Source: Aquifex aeolicus VF5
GTDB taxonomy: Bacteria; Aquificota; Aquificia; Aquificales; Aquificaceae
Assembly (NCBI RefSeq): GCF_000008625.1
Contig: NC_000918.1
Location: forward strand, 1,170,001 to 1,202,000
DNA: 32,000 nucleotides
Direction of reading: 5' to 3'
Shown here piece after piece: positions 1 to 7,547 of this stretch; within the stretch, counting starts at the first letter, position 1; the number at the start of each line of letters is the position of its first letter. Below the pieces are notes generated by a model that searched no databases, had not been told where the DNA came from, and saw only the letters and a list, made by a program, of their open reading frames with translations. Made by a program: the position numbers and the translations under genes.

Positions 1-1148
1 TGCGTAAAGCCCCTAACTCTGAGTAGTCCGTGGAGAACTCCAGAGAGCTCGTACCTGTAAACCGTTCCAAGTTCAAAGAGTTTTAGAGGTAGTTCCTTGT
101 AGCTCCTTGTCCTGCTCTTGTATATTGCTATGTGGAAGGGGCAATTCATGGGCTTTACGTAGTACTCCTCTTCGTCTATCTTCATGGAAGGAAACATGTT
201 CTGTTTGTAGCACTCAAGGTGTCCGCTCGTTTCCCAGAGCTTGGATTTTCCTACGTGGGGAGTGTAAACGAGCTGGTATCCTCTCTTTAGGTGTTCTTCC
301 CTTAAATAGTCTTCCAGAACCTTTCTGTATATTGCTCCCCTCGGAAGCCACAGAATTAATCCAGCTCCCACGTTGTCGTCTATCGTGAAGAACTCCAGTT
401 CCTTTCCGAGTCTCCTGTGATCCCTCTTCTTTACTTCCTCGTAGAACTTTAGCCTTTCCTTTACTTCTTTGTCGCTCCAGTAAGCTATACCGTAAATCCT
501 TGTGAGCTGAGGCTGATCACTCCTTCCCTTCCAGTAAGCCCCTGAAATTGAAGTGAGTTTAAAGGCTCCTGCCTTCCCCGTTGAAGGGAGGTGAGGTCCT
601 TTGCAGAGGTCTATAAAGTCCCCCTGTTCGTAAACGGAAATGACTTCCTCTTCTGGTATCTCCTTTATTATGTCTATCTTGTACTTTTCCTTTAATTTGT
701 CAAAGAGTTTTATCGCCTCCTCCCTTGAGAGCTCCCTCCTCAGAATGGGATAATCCCTCTCTATTATCTCCTTCATCTTTTGTTCTATTTTGGGAAGATC
801 CTCTTCAGTTATCTTGTGTCCTTCTACTTCAACGTCGTAGTAAAAGCCCTCCTCGGTGGTTGGCCCAACTCCTAGGTGAACCTTTTTAGCCCCGTAGAGT
901 TCCTTTAAGGCTTGTGCCATTATGTGTGCGAGGGAGTGCCTCATTATCTCAAGGCTTTCCTTTGATCCCCTATATACGGGCTTTATCTCACCCGATTCCC
1001 TTACGGGTGTTTGCAGATCTATGATCTTTCCGTTTATTACTCCGCCGAGGGCGTCTTTTATACCTGCAAGCTCAAATATCTTTCCGAGAGGCGTTCCCTT
1101 CTCTACCTCGTACTCCTTTCCCTTAATCTTTACCTTAATCTTTTCCAT
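1..1148 (-). CDS. thrS: Threonyl-tRNA synthetase, N-terminal about 382 aa; the C-terminus lies beyond the left window edge
   Basis: Hand translation of the minus strand from the ATG at 1148..1146 gives MEKIKVKIKGKEYEVEKGTPLGKIFE... (TGS-like N-terminus). It continues through the editing-domain motif HSLAHIMAQA, then GPHLPSTG, KRDHRRLGKELEFF, the class II core HLECYKQNMFPSM and YRYELSGVLHGLLRVRGFT. The frame stays open to position 1. It is absent from the ORF track because it has no stop in the window. Confidence 0.95.
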   Translation of the reverse strand, partial: MEKIKVKIKGKEYEVEKGTPLGKIFELAGIKDALGGVINGKIIDLQTPVRESGEIKPVYRGSKESLEIMRHSLAHIMAQALKELYGAKKVHLGVGPTTEEGFYYDVEVEGHKITEEDLPKIEQKMKEIIERDYPILRRELSREEAIKLFDKLKEKYKIDIIKEIPEEEVISVYEQGDFIDLCKGPHLPSTGKAGAFKLTSISGAYWKGRSDQPQLTRIYGIAYWSDKEVKERLKFYEEVKKRDHRRLGKELEFFTIDDNVGAGLILWLPRGAIYRKVLEDYLREEHLKRGYQLVYTPHVGKSKLWETSGHLECYKQNMFPSMKIDEEEYYVKPMNCPFHIAIYKSRTRSYKELPLKLFELGTVYRYELSGVLHGLLRVRGFT

Positions 1149-1184
1149 AGAGATTTATTTTAGGCTTAGCTTATCTTTTTCAAT

Positions 1185-2066
1185 ATGAAGAAATCTCCCA
1201 AAATCAGTTTAATACTTGAAGCTTTCCAGAACCTTGAAAAGGCTTACGTTGACCTCAAAAAGAACCTTGAAATTCCAAAGGAGGAATTTGTTAAGAATAA
1301 ACTTGTTCAGGACAGGGTGAGGATAGACTTTAACCTCGCCTTTGAGAGTACAATGAGGGTGTGCAGGCACCTCTCCGCTGTTTACGGCGTAAAAACCTCT
1401 TCAAGGGACTGCCTTCCTAAAATTGCCGAGCATATAGGTCTTCCCTTTGCGGACAGGTTAAAGAAATTTTCCGAATTTTACTTCCGCTACAGGGACTTAA
1501 AAGACACCGTTTCTCCAGAAGAACTCTATGACTTTTTAAAGGAAAACCTCGTCCTTTTTAAAGAGTTTGCGAGGGGTGTTGTAGAGTACATAAAGAAGAC
1601 CACGGGCAATTACCTGTTGATAGACTTTGACCTTCTGAACGAAAAAGCGAAGTTCATAAAGGATTCCGTGAAGAAGATAGACTTCGTCCTGTCTCAGGGA
1701 GAAGAAGAGTTCAAGAAAACGCCTATGTACTACGACAGGGTGAAGTACTTCTATCAGGTGGCTTACGACTCGCTGTTTGACATATGCAAGCACCTCGCTC
1801 CAAAGTTCGGCATAAAGAAGTTCGGGGATGATTGCCTAACGAAAATGGTGGAAAAGGGGGTAATCCCTCCTGAATATTACGAAACTGTTCTGAAAATGAC
1901 GCTCCTTAAGAACAAGCTCATAAGCACGTGGGAGGTGAGTCCGGAAGAGCTTTACAGAAGTCTTAAAGAGCTAAATGACAAGTTCATCCCCGTTCTCAGG
2001 GAAATATCAAAGAGTTTAAAATTATTACTTGAGAAAAAAGCAAAGGAAGTGGGGAAAGAAGCATGA
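1185..2066 (+). CDS. Tandem-duplicated DUF86/HEPN-like (YutE/HepT-like) protein with a degenerate catalytic motif
   Basis: The 293-aa ORF has two internally homologous halves: DRVRIDFNLAFESTMRVCRHLSAVYGVKTSSRDCLPKIAEHIGLP versus DRVKYFYQVAYDSLFDICKHLAPKFGIKKFGDDCLTKMVEKGVIP. Each half ends in VSPEELY. The position of the HEPN RNxxxH motif reads FRYRDLKD in one half and LKNKLIST in the other. Confidence 0.55.
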   Translation: MKKSPKISLILEAFQNLEKAYVDLKKNLEIPKEEFVKNKLVQDRVRIDFNLAFESTMRVCRHLSAVYGVKTSSRDCLPKIAEHIGLPFADRLKKFSEFYFRYRDLKDTVSPEELYDFLKENLVLFKEFARGVVEYIKKTTGNYLLIDFDLLNEKAKFIKDSVKKIDFVLSQGEEEFKKTPMYYDRVKYFYQVAYDSLFDICKHLAPKFGIKKFGDDCLTKMVEKGVIPPEYYETVLKMTLLKNKLISTWEVSPEELYRSLKELNDKFIPVLREISKSLKLLLEKKAKEVGKEA

Positions 2067-2557
2067 GGGTTTTAAAGATACTGCTTTTTATAATCTTCTT
2101 CTCTTTCGGTGTTGAGGCTGTTCCCTTTGAGAAAATCTCATTCCTGAACTTAAAAGAGGATCTGGAGGAGGCTAAAAAGGAAGGGAAGTACTTATTCATA
2201 ATGTTTGAACAGGAAGAATGCCCTTTCTGCGATAAGATGAAGAGGGTTACCTTTCAGGATCCCCGCGTTAGAGAGTACTTCACGAAACACTTCTACATGG
2301 TGAGGATAGATATAAAAGGTTCTAATCCCGTTGTGTACTTTGACGGGACGGAAATGACTGAAAAGGAACTCGCCCACAAGTTCAGGGTTAGGGCAACGCC
2401 TCACTTTGTTTTCTTTGACCACGAAGGTAAAAAGATACTCTCTATCCCCGGATACATACCGCCCGAGGAATTTCTACTAATCGGTAAGTACGTAGCCGAA
2501 GGTTACTACAAAAAGATGAGTTACTTTAAGTTTAAGAGAATGATAAAAAAGGATTAA
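2063..2557 (+). CDS. Secreted thioredoxin-fold protein (SoxW/thioredoxin-related, CxxC)
   Basis: There is an N-terminal signal-like segment (MRVLKILLFIIFFSFGVEA). A CPFC redox motif sits in FEQEECPFCDKMK, followed by RATPHFVFFD, which resembles the cis-Pro loop region of thioredoxin-like proteins. An ATGA overlap joins it to the upstream gene. Confidence 0.7.
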   Translation: MRVLKILLFIIFFSFGVEAVPFEKISFLNLKEDLEEAKKEGKYLFIMFEQEECPFCDKMKRVTFQDPRVREYFTKHFYMVRIDIKGSNPVVYFDGTEMTEKELAHKFRVRATPHFVFFDHEGKKILSIPGYIPPEEFLLIGKYVAEGYYKKMSYFKFKRMIKKD

Positions 2558-3765
2558 TGTGGTTTTTAATCCTCCTCGTAGGTTTCAGTTTTTCCCTCCA
2601 GATATCCCTCAAGGATGCCTTAGAACTCGCCCTTAAGAACAACAGAACCTTGAAAAAACTTGAAAGAGAACTCAGTTCTGCGGTCTACAGGGAAAAGTTG
2701 AGCCTGTGGGAGAGGTTTTCCCCCGAAACGGACGTAAGGGTTTCAAGGGACAGGCTAGAGCTTGTGGCGAGGGTTTTGCTCCTTGAGTTCGGAAGGAGAA
2801 CGAAAAACATAAAAGCGGAGGAACACAGGAAGAAGATAGCGGAGTTAACCCTTCTGGAGTTCAAAAATAGGCTCAAAATTGAAGTCACGGATCTTTACAT
2901 AAAACTCCTACTTTACGACGTTATGGCACAGGAGAAAAGGGAGTTTATGGCGGTTGCCTTCGTGAGGTTTGACAGGGAAAGGGAGAAAATGAAACTCGGA
3001 CTTTCGGATAGGGTAAAGGTCTCGGAACTTGAAAAAGTTTACAGAAAGTACAGAAAAGAACTCTTTGAAGTTCAGAGGAAGTACAACGAAACCCTTTACA
3101 GGTTAAAACGCTACCTCGGTCTGAAAATGGAAGAAGATCTGGAAATAAAGCCTCTTAAATTCAGGATACCCTTCGAAAAAAACTTTAAGGAGAAAGTTTT
3201 ACTGGATAAAGTGAAAAATAATTACAAATTAAAGATAAAAAATCAGGAAATCGCTTACTACAGGGAACTGGAGAAGGGTGAAAGAACGCTTTTCAAACCC
3301 GAGGTGGTGCTGGAGGGAAGGTTCGGAAGGGATTTTGATGAAAAGGATTACTATACTAAGTTCAACACGTACATTAACATTCCCATTCTGGATCCGAGAC
3401 CTGAACTGAGGAGAAAAACTTTAAAAGAAAAGAGGCTGGCTTTGATGAGGGAGTACAGAGAACTGGAAGAGGAAGTAAAAGAGAGGGTTTACACCTTTCC
3501 CTATATATGGGACGAAATAAGGGAAAACTACAAGTACGCGAAAACTTACTTCAACTGGGCTGAGAATAACCTCGAGAAGAAGCGTTCGGAGTACGAACTT
3601 CAACTCGCCTTTGATCTCGGGTACGCAATGGCACACTACACGGAAGCGGAAAGAAAACTCTTAGAAGTGAACAGAAGGGCACTCCTCTTTCTGATGGAGG
3701 TTTACCATACCGTGGGAGAAGATCCGGTGAAGGCTCTGGGAAATAAACATCCGTTCCTCGAGTAA
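2557..3765 (+). CDS. TolC-family outer membrane efflux protein (OEP)
   Basis: The N-terminus has a signal segment followed by ISLKDALELALKNNRTLKKLERELSSA, a typical OEP start. The rest is long and helix-rich. A TAATG overlap joins it to the upstream thioredoxin-like gene. Confidence 0.75.
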   Translation: MWFLILLVGFSFSLQISLKDALELALKNNRTLKKLERELSSAVYREKLSLWERFSPETDVRVSRDRLELVARVLLLEFGRRTKNIKAEEHRKKIAELTLLEFKNRLKIEVTDLYIKLLLYDVMAQEKREFMAVAFVRFDREREKMKLGLSDRVKVSELEKVYRKYRKELFEVQRKYNETLYRLKRYLGLKMEEDLEIKPLKFRIPFEKNFKEKVLLDKVKNNYKLKIKNQEIAYYRELEKGERTLFKPEVVLEGRFGRDFDEKDYYTKFNTYINIPILDPRPELRRKTLKEKRLALMREYRELEEEVKERVYTFPYIWDEIRENYKYAKTYFNWAENNLEKKRSEYELQLAFDLGYAMAHYTEAERKLLEVNRRALLFLMEVYHTVGEDPVKALGNKHPFLE

Positions 3766-3774
3766 AATGAACTT

Positions 3775-4305
3775 ATGGAAGTGAAAGCTACAACTATACT
3801 CGCGGTGAGGAGAGACGGAAAGACGGCTGTAGGCGGAGACGGTCAGGTAACTCTGGGAAGTTCTGTGATAAAACACACCGCGAGGAAGATAAGGAAACTT
3901 TACAAAGGGCAGGTGATAGTAGGCTTTGCGGGAAGTGCAGCGGACGGACTGGCCCTGATGGAAAGGCTGGAAGCAAAACTCGAAGAGTACAGGGGAAACT
4001 TGCTAAAGGCTTCCGTTCAGCTTGCAAAGGATTGGAGGATGGACAAGTACCTCAGAAGGCTGGAAGCACTACTCTTGGCGGTGGACAGGGAACACATGCT
4101 CCTTATATCTGGAAACGGGGACATAATAGAGCCGGATGAGCCCGTTCTCGCCATAGGTTCTGGGGGAGATTACGCAAGGGCTGCAGCTCTTGCCCTTTAC
4201 AGGAATACGGATCTTTCCGCCAGAGAGATAGTGGAGAAGTCTTTAAAGATAGCCTCGGAGATATGTATATACACGAACGATAAATTCGTAATTGAAGAGA
4301 TTTAA
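3775..4305 (+). CDS. hslV: ATP-dependent protease HslVU, peptidase subunit HslV
   Basis: Motifs: [40 protein letters not shown] and [10 protein letters not shown]. The length of 176 aa fits. Confidence 0.95.
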   Translation: MEVKATTILAVRRDGKTAVGGDGQVTLGSSVIKHTARKIRKLYKGQVIVGFAGSAADGLALMERLEAKLEEYRGNLLKASVQLAKDWRMDKYLRRLEALLLAVDREHMLLISGNGDIIEPDEPVLAIGSGGDYARAAALALYRNTDLSAREIVEKSLKIASEICIYTNDKFVIEEI

Positions 4306-4310
4306 TTTTA

Positions 4311-4383
4311 TCGGGGCGACCGGACTCGAACCGGCGACCTCTGGCTCCCGAAGCCAGCGCGCTACCACCTGCGCTACGCCCCG
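4311..4383 (-). tRNA. tRNA-Pro (anticodon CGG), CCA not encoded
   Basis: The reverse complement is CGGGGCGTAGCGCAGGTGGTAGCGCGCTGGCTTCGGGAGCCAGAGGTCGCCGGTTCGAGTCCGGTCGCCCCGA. It folds as a cloverleaf. The anticodon stem is CTGGC/GCCAG and the loop TTCGGGA gives anticodon CGG. Confidence 0.9.
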
Positions 4384-4422
4384 TTGAGTATAAAAAATTA
4401 TAAAAAAGAAAAAGGAGAAGGT

Positions 4423-7400
4423 TTAGGATTCCTTCTTCTCTTCGGAGGATGCGGAAACCTCAGCTTTCTGTTTTTCGTACTCTTCCTTAGGAATAAAGAC
4501 GAACTCCCCGTCTTTGTAGTCCACAACTACCGTCATTCCGTCCTTGATTTCTCCTCTTATTATCTTGTCCGCGAGGGGTGTTTCCACGTACTTCTGAATT
4601 GTTCTCTTTAGAGGTCTCGCTCCGAATGCCGGGTCGTATCCTCTCCTTACGAGTTCTTTCTTTGCCTCTTCCGTGAGTTCTATCTTTATGTTCCTTTCAG
4701 CGAGTCTCTTGTTCACGTTTGCGATAAGGAGGTCTATTATCTTGGAGAGTTCTCTCATGGTGAGCGGTTTGAACACGATTATCTCGTCTATTCTGTTGAT
4801 GAATTCAGGTCTCATGTAGAGCTTGAGCTCTTCAAGAACCTTTTCCTTAGCCTTTTCGAATTCCCTATTGAGAGTTTCCTCATCCGCATCCACGGGAATG
4901 TTCAGGAGATACTGAGAACCTATGTTTGAGGTCATTATTATCACGGTGTTTCTAAAGTCTACCGTCCTTCCGTGGGAGTCCGTGAGTCTTCCATCGTCAA
5001 GCACTTGCAAGAAGAGGTCAAGAACTCTGGGGTGTGCCTTTTCTATTTCGTCAAGGAGTATTACTGAGTATGGTTTTCTCCTTACCGCTTCGGTGAGTTT
5101 TCCGCCCTCCTCGTATCCTACGTATCCCGGAGGTGCACCGATTAGCTTTGCCACGGAGTGCTCTTCCTTGAACTCGGACATATCAAGCCTGATTAGAGCG
5201 TCTTCATCTCCGAAGAGGAGTTCCGCAAGTGCCTTTGAGAGTTCCGTTTTACCTACACCCGTTGGTCCGAGGAACAGAAAGCTCGCTATGGGTCTCTTGG
5301 GATCCTTTAGTCCTGCTCTTGCCCTTCTGATTGCTTCCGCTACAGCTTTTACAGCGTGTTCTTGGTCAACGACTCTCTTGTGAAGTTCGTCTTCAAGTTT
5401 GAGAAGTTTTTGCATTTCCTCTTCTTTTAGTCTGGATACGGGTATTCCGGTCCACTCCGAAACTACTTCCGCAACGTCGTCCCACGTGACCACGAGTTCC
5501 TTGGACTTTTCCTGTTCTAACTTCTTGAGTTCCTTTTCTAGCTTAGCCTTTTCTATCTTGAGCTCAGCTTCCTTCTCATAATCGCCCTTTTCCGCGGCTT
5601 CCTTTATCTTCTCGTCAAGTTCCTCAATCTTCTTCTTGAGCTCGGCGATCTTAGCTTCTACTCCTCCTACCTTGCCGAGGAGTTCCTGCTTTTCCTTCTC
5701 AAGTTTAGCTTTCTCTATCTTGAGCTGTGCTTCTTTTTCGTAGTCGCCTTTTAGGTTAGCCTCTATTATCTGCTCTTCCAGAGCTTTTATCTTCCTCTCT
5801 ATTTCCTGTATTTCGGGGGGAGTTCCTATAACTTTTAGCTTTTTCCTTGCGGCAGCCTGGTCGAGGGCGTCTATCGCCTTGTCGGGAAGTCTCCTGAAGG
5901 TTACGTACCTCTTCGTGAGCTTTACAGCCGCTTCTATTGCTTCGTCGGAAATCTTTACCTTGTGGAACTGCTCAAGTCTTGGTCTCAGACCTTTTAGGAT
6001 TTCTATCGTCTGCTCTTCGGTTGGCTCGTCCACGAATACGGGCTGGAACCTTCTTTCAAGTGCCGGGTCCTTTTCTATGTACTTTCTGTACTCGTCAACG
6101 GTTGTAGCTCCGATTACCCTGATTTCTCCTCTAGCGAGTGCGGGCTTCATTATGTTTGCCGCGTCAACTGCACCTTCCGCAGCTCCCGCTCCCACTACGG
6201 TGTGTATTTCGTCTATGAAGAGTATTACGTTTCCTTTTTCCTTTACCTCGTCAAGGAGAGCTTTTAGTCTCTCTTCAAACTCACCCCTGTACTTAGAACC
6301 TGCGAGGAGTGATGCCATATCTATGGACCATATTTCCTTGTCCTGTAATTCTGGGGGGACTTCCTTGTTCACTATCCTTTGGGCGAGTCCTTCCACTATT
6401 GCGGTCTTACCGACTCCGGGGTCTCCCACGAGTACGGGGTTGTTTTTAGTTCTCCTTAGGAGTATTTCTATAACTTGGTTTATTTCCCTTTCCCTTCCTA
6501 TTACAGGGTCCAGTTTACCCTGCCTTGCGAGTTCGTTTAAGTTAACGCCGAAGCGCTCAAGGGGAGACTTTTCTTCTTCTTTGAGTTCTTGAGTGACGTC
6601 CTTCTTCATCTCTTTTTCACCTCCTAAAACTTGATTTATTAACTTACCACCTATGGTATCTTTTGCCTCAATTAAAGCCGCGGAAATGTGAGAAGGTTGA
6701 ACCTGAGCCTCTCCCTCGGATACAGCCTTGTCCTGAGCCTTTTCAAGAACCTGAGTCAGGTACTGACTGTAATCAAAGGTGGGTTTCTTTCCGAAAACCT
6801 TTTCCGCTACCTTGTCTATTATCCTGTCCGGAGAAATTCCAAGTTCCTTTACTTGTTCAATTAAGGGAGACTTTTCAAGGGCTTTTCTTATTAGACCATC
6901 TATGGAGAGTTTATTTTCAAGGAATGCCTTTACATCCTCGGGTGCAAATACGGTGGATAAGCTCTTTTCCACCTGCTCCAGTTGTCTCCTTATACTTTGT
7001 TCCGTTGCTTCGAGTTGTCTGAGTTCAAGTTCCAGAGTTTCAGCGGTCCACCAATCTCCGTATCTCCTTGCGTACTCAAGTTCCCTGAGTATCCTCTCCT
7101 TTGCCTTCCTTATTTTGGAGAGTTCCGTCTGGACGTTTCCTATGTTGGATTTTACTTCCATTATCTGGGTTCTCAGGTTTATTAGGTTCTGGGCTTCCGC
7201 TTCTATAGCCTTTTCAAGTTGCTTGTTGAGGTTTTCAAGGTATTCGCTCACCCTCTTTAAAAACTCCTTCCTGTCTATTCCCCTTTTCTCTATATATTTA
7301 GAAAGAGGAGATTTTTCGTCGAGGAGCAGGGCTATTAGAAGGTGATCCGTGTCCACCTTAGTGTCCTTGTTTTCCCTTGCTATTTCTTTCGCCTTTTCCA

Positions 7401-7443
7401 GATACTCAAGGGATTTGGCGGAAAACAGGTTTTCGCTTATCAT
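4423..7443 (-). CDS. clpB: Chaperone disaggregase ClpB (enlarged, 1006 aa)
   Basis: There are two AAA+ modules. Walker A motifs are GDPGVGKT and GPTGVGKT. Walker B motifs are ILFIDEIH and ILLDEIEKAH. Other features are RYVTFRRLPDKAIDALDQA, a coiled-coil M-domain and GARPLKRTIQ. Confidence 0.97.
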   Translation of the reverse strand: MISENLFSAKSLEYLEKAKEIARENKDTKVDTDHLLIALLLDEKSPLSKYIEKRGIDRKEFLKRVSEYLENLNKQLEKAIEAEAQNLINLRTQIMEVKSNIGNVQTELSKIRKAKERILRELEYARRYGDWWTAETLELELRQLEATEQSIRRQLEQVEKSLSTVFAPEDVKAFLENKLSIDGLIRKALEKSPLIEQVKELGISPDRIIDKVAEKVFGKKPTFDYSQYLTQVLEKAQDKAVSEGEAQVQPSHISAALIEAKDTIGGKLINQVLGGEKEMKKDVTQELKEEEKSPLERFGVNLNELARQGKLDPVIGREREINQVIEILLRRTKNNPVLVGDPGVGKTAIVEGLAQRIVNKEVPPELQDKEIWSIDMASLLAGSKYRGEFEERLKALLDEVKEKGNVILFIDEIHTVVGAGAAEGAVDAANIMKPALARGEIRVIGATTVDEYRKYIEKDPALERRFQPVFVDEPTEEQTIEILKGLRPRLEQFHKVKISDEAIEAAVKLTKRYVTFRRLPDKAIDALDQAAARKKLKVIGTPPEIQEIERKIKALEEQIIEANLKGDYEKEAQLKIEKAKLEKEKQELLGKVGGVEAKIAELKKKIEELDEKIKEAAEKGDYEKEAELKIEKAKLEKELKKLEQEKSKELVVTWDDVAEVVSEWTGIPVSRLKEEEMQKLLKLEDELHKRVVDQEHAVKAVAEAIRRARAGLKDPKRPIASFLFLGPTGVGKTELSKALAELLFGDEDALIRLDMSEFKEEHSVAKLIGAPPGYVGYEEGGKLTEAVRRKPYSVILLDEIEKAHPRVLDLFLQVLDDGRLTDSHGRTVDFRNTVIIMTSNIGSQYLLNIPVDADEETLNREFEKAKEKVLEELKLYMRPEFINRIDEIIVFKPLTMRELSKIIDLLIANVNKRLAERNIKIELTEEAKKELVRRGYDPAFGARPLKRTIQKYVETPLADKIIRGEIKDGMTVVVDYKDGEFVFIPKEEYEKQKAEVSASSEEKKES

Positions 7444-7472
7444 ACTTTTACCTCCCGTTTAATTTTCCTTTA

Positions 7473-7501
7473 ATAATATTTCTTGAGTATAATTGTGTCA
7501 A
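7473..7501 (-). promoter_or_regulatory. Candidate sigma70-type promoter for clpB
   Basis: The minus strand reads TTGACA (7501..7496), a 17-nt spacer, then TATTAT (7478..7473). This lies about 30 nt upstream of the clpB ATG, with a GGGAGGT Shine-Dalgarno sequence in between. Confidence 0.35.
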
Positions 7502-7547
7502 CCTTTTATACCTTTCGTGCACACTCCCTCCACTATAATTAATTTCT

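Noticed and set aside
107-1188. Plus-strand ORFs 107..388 and 922..1188.
   Set aside because: They are antisense to the clearly coding thrS frame. They use TTG and ATG starts, show no motifs, and have odd Cys/Ser/Leu-rich composition.
4384-4611. A 75-aa plus-strand ORF in the tRNA-Pro to clpB 3'-end region.
   Set aside because: It starts directly after tRNA-Pro (4311..4383), crosses the short tRNA-Pro/clpB spacer and overlaps the clpB C-terminal coding region antisense. The sequence has no features.
5534-5752. Two near-identical 58-nt repeats that might be a mini CRISPR-like array or a mobile repeat.
   Set aside because: There are only two copies, both in frame inside clpB, and both encode the same coiled-coil peptide. 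This is a coding duplication, not an array.
4922-7345. Long plus-strand ORFs antisense to clpB (4922..5383, 5399..5581, 5879..6592, 6663..7022, 6779..7345).
   Set aside because: Their products are Ser/Leu/Phe-rich mirror images of the Glu/Lys-rich ClpB frame. ClpB is unambiguous on the minus strand.
7444-7547. A CIRCE/HrcA or sigma32-type heat-shock operator upstream of clpB.
   Set aside because: No TTAGCACTC-N9-GAGTGCTAA-like inverted repeat and no CTTGAAA/CCCCAT pair is present. Only a sigma70-like hexamer pair and a short GTGCAC palindrome were seen.
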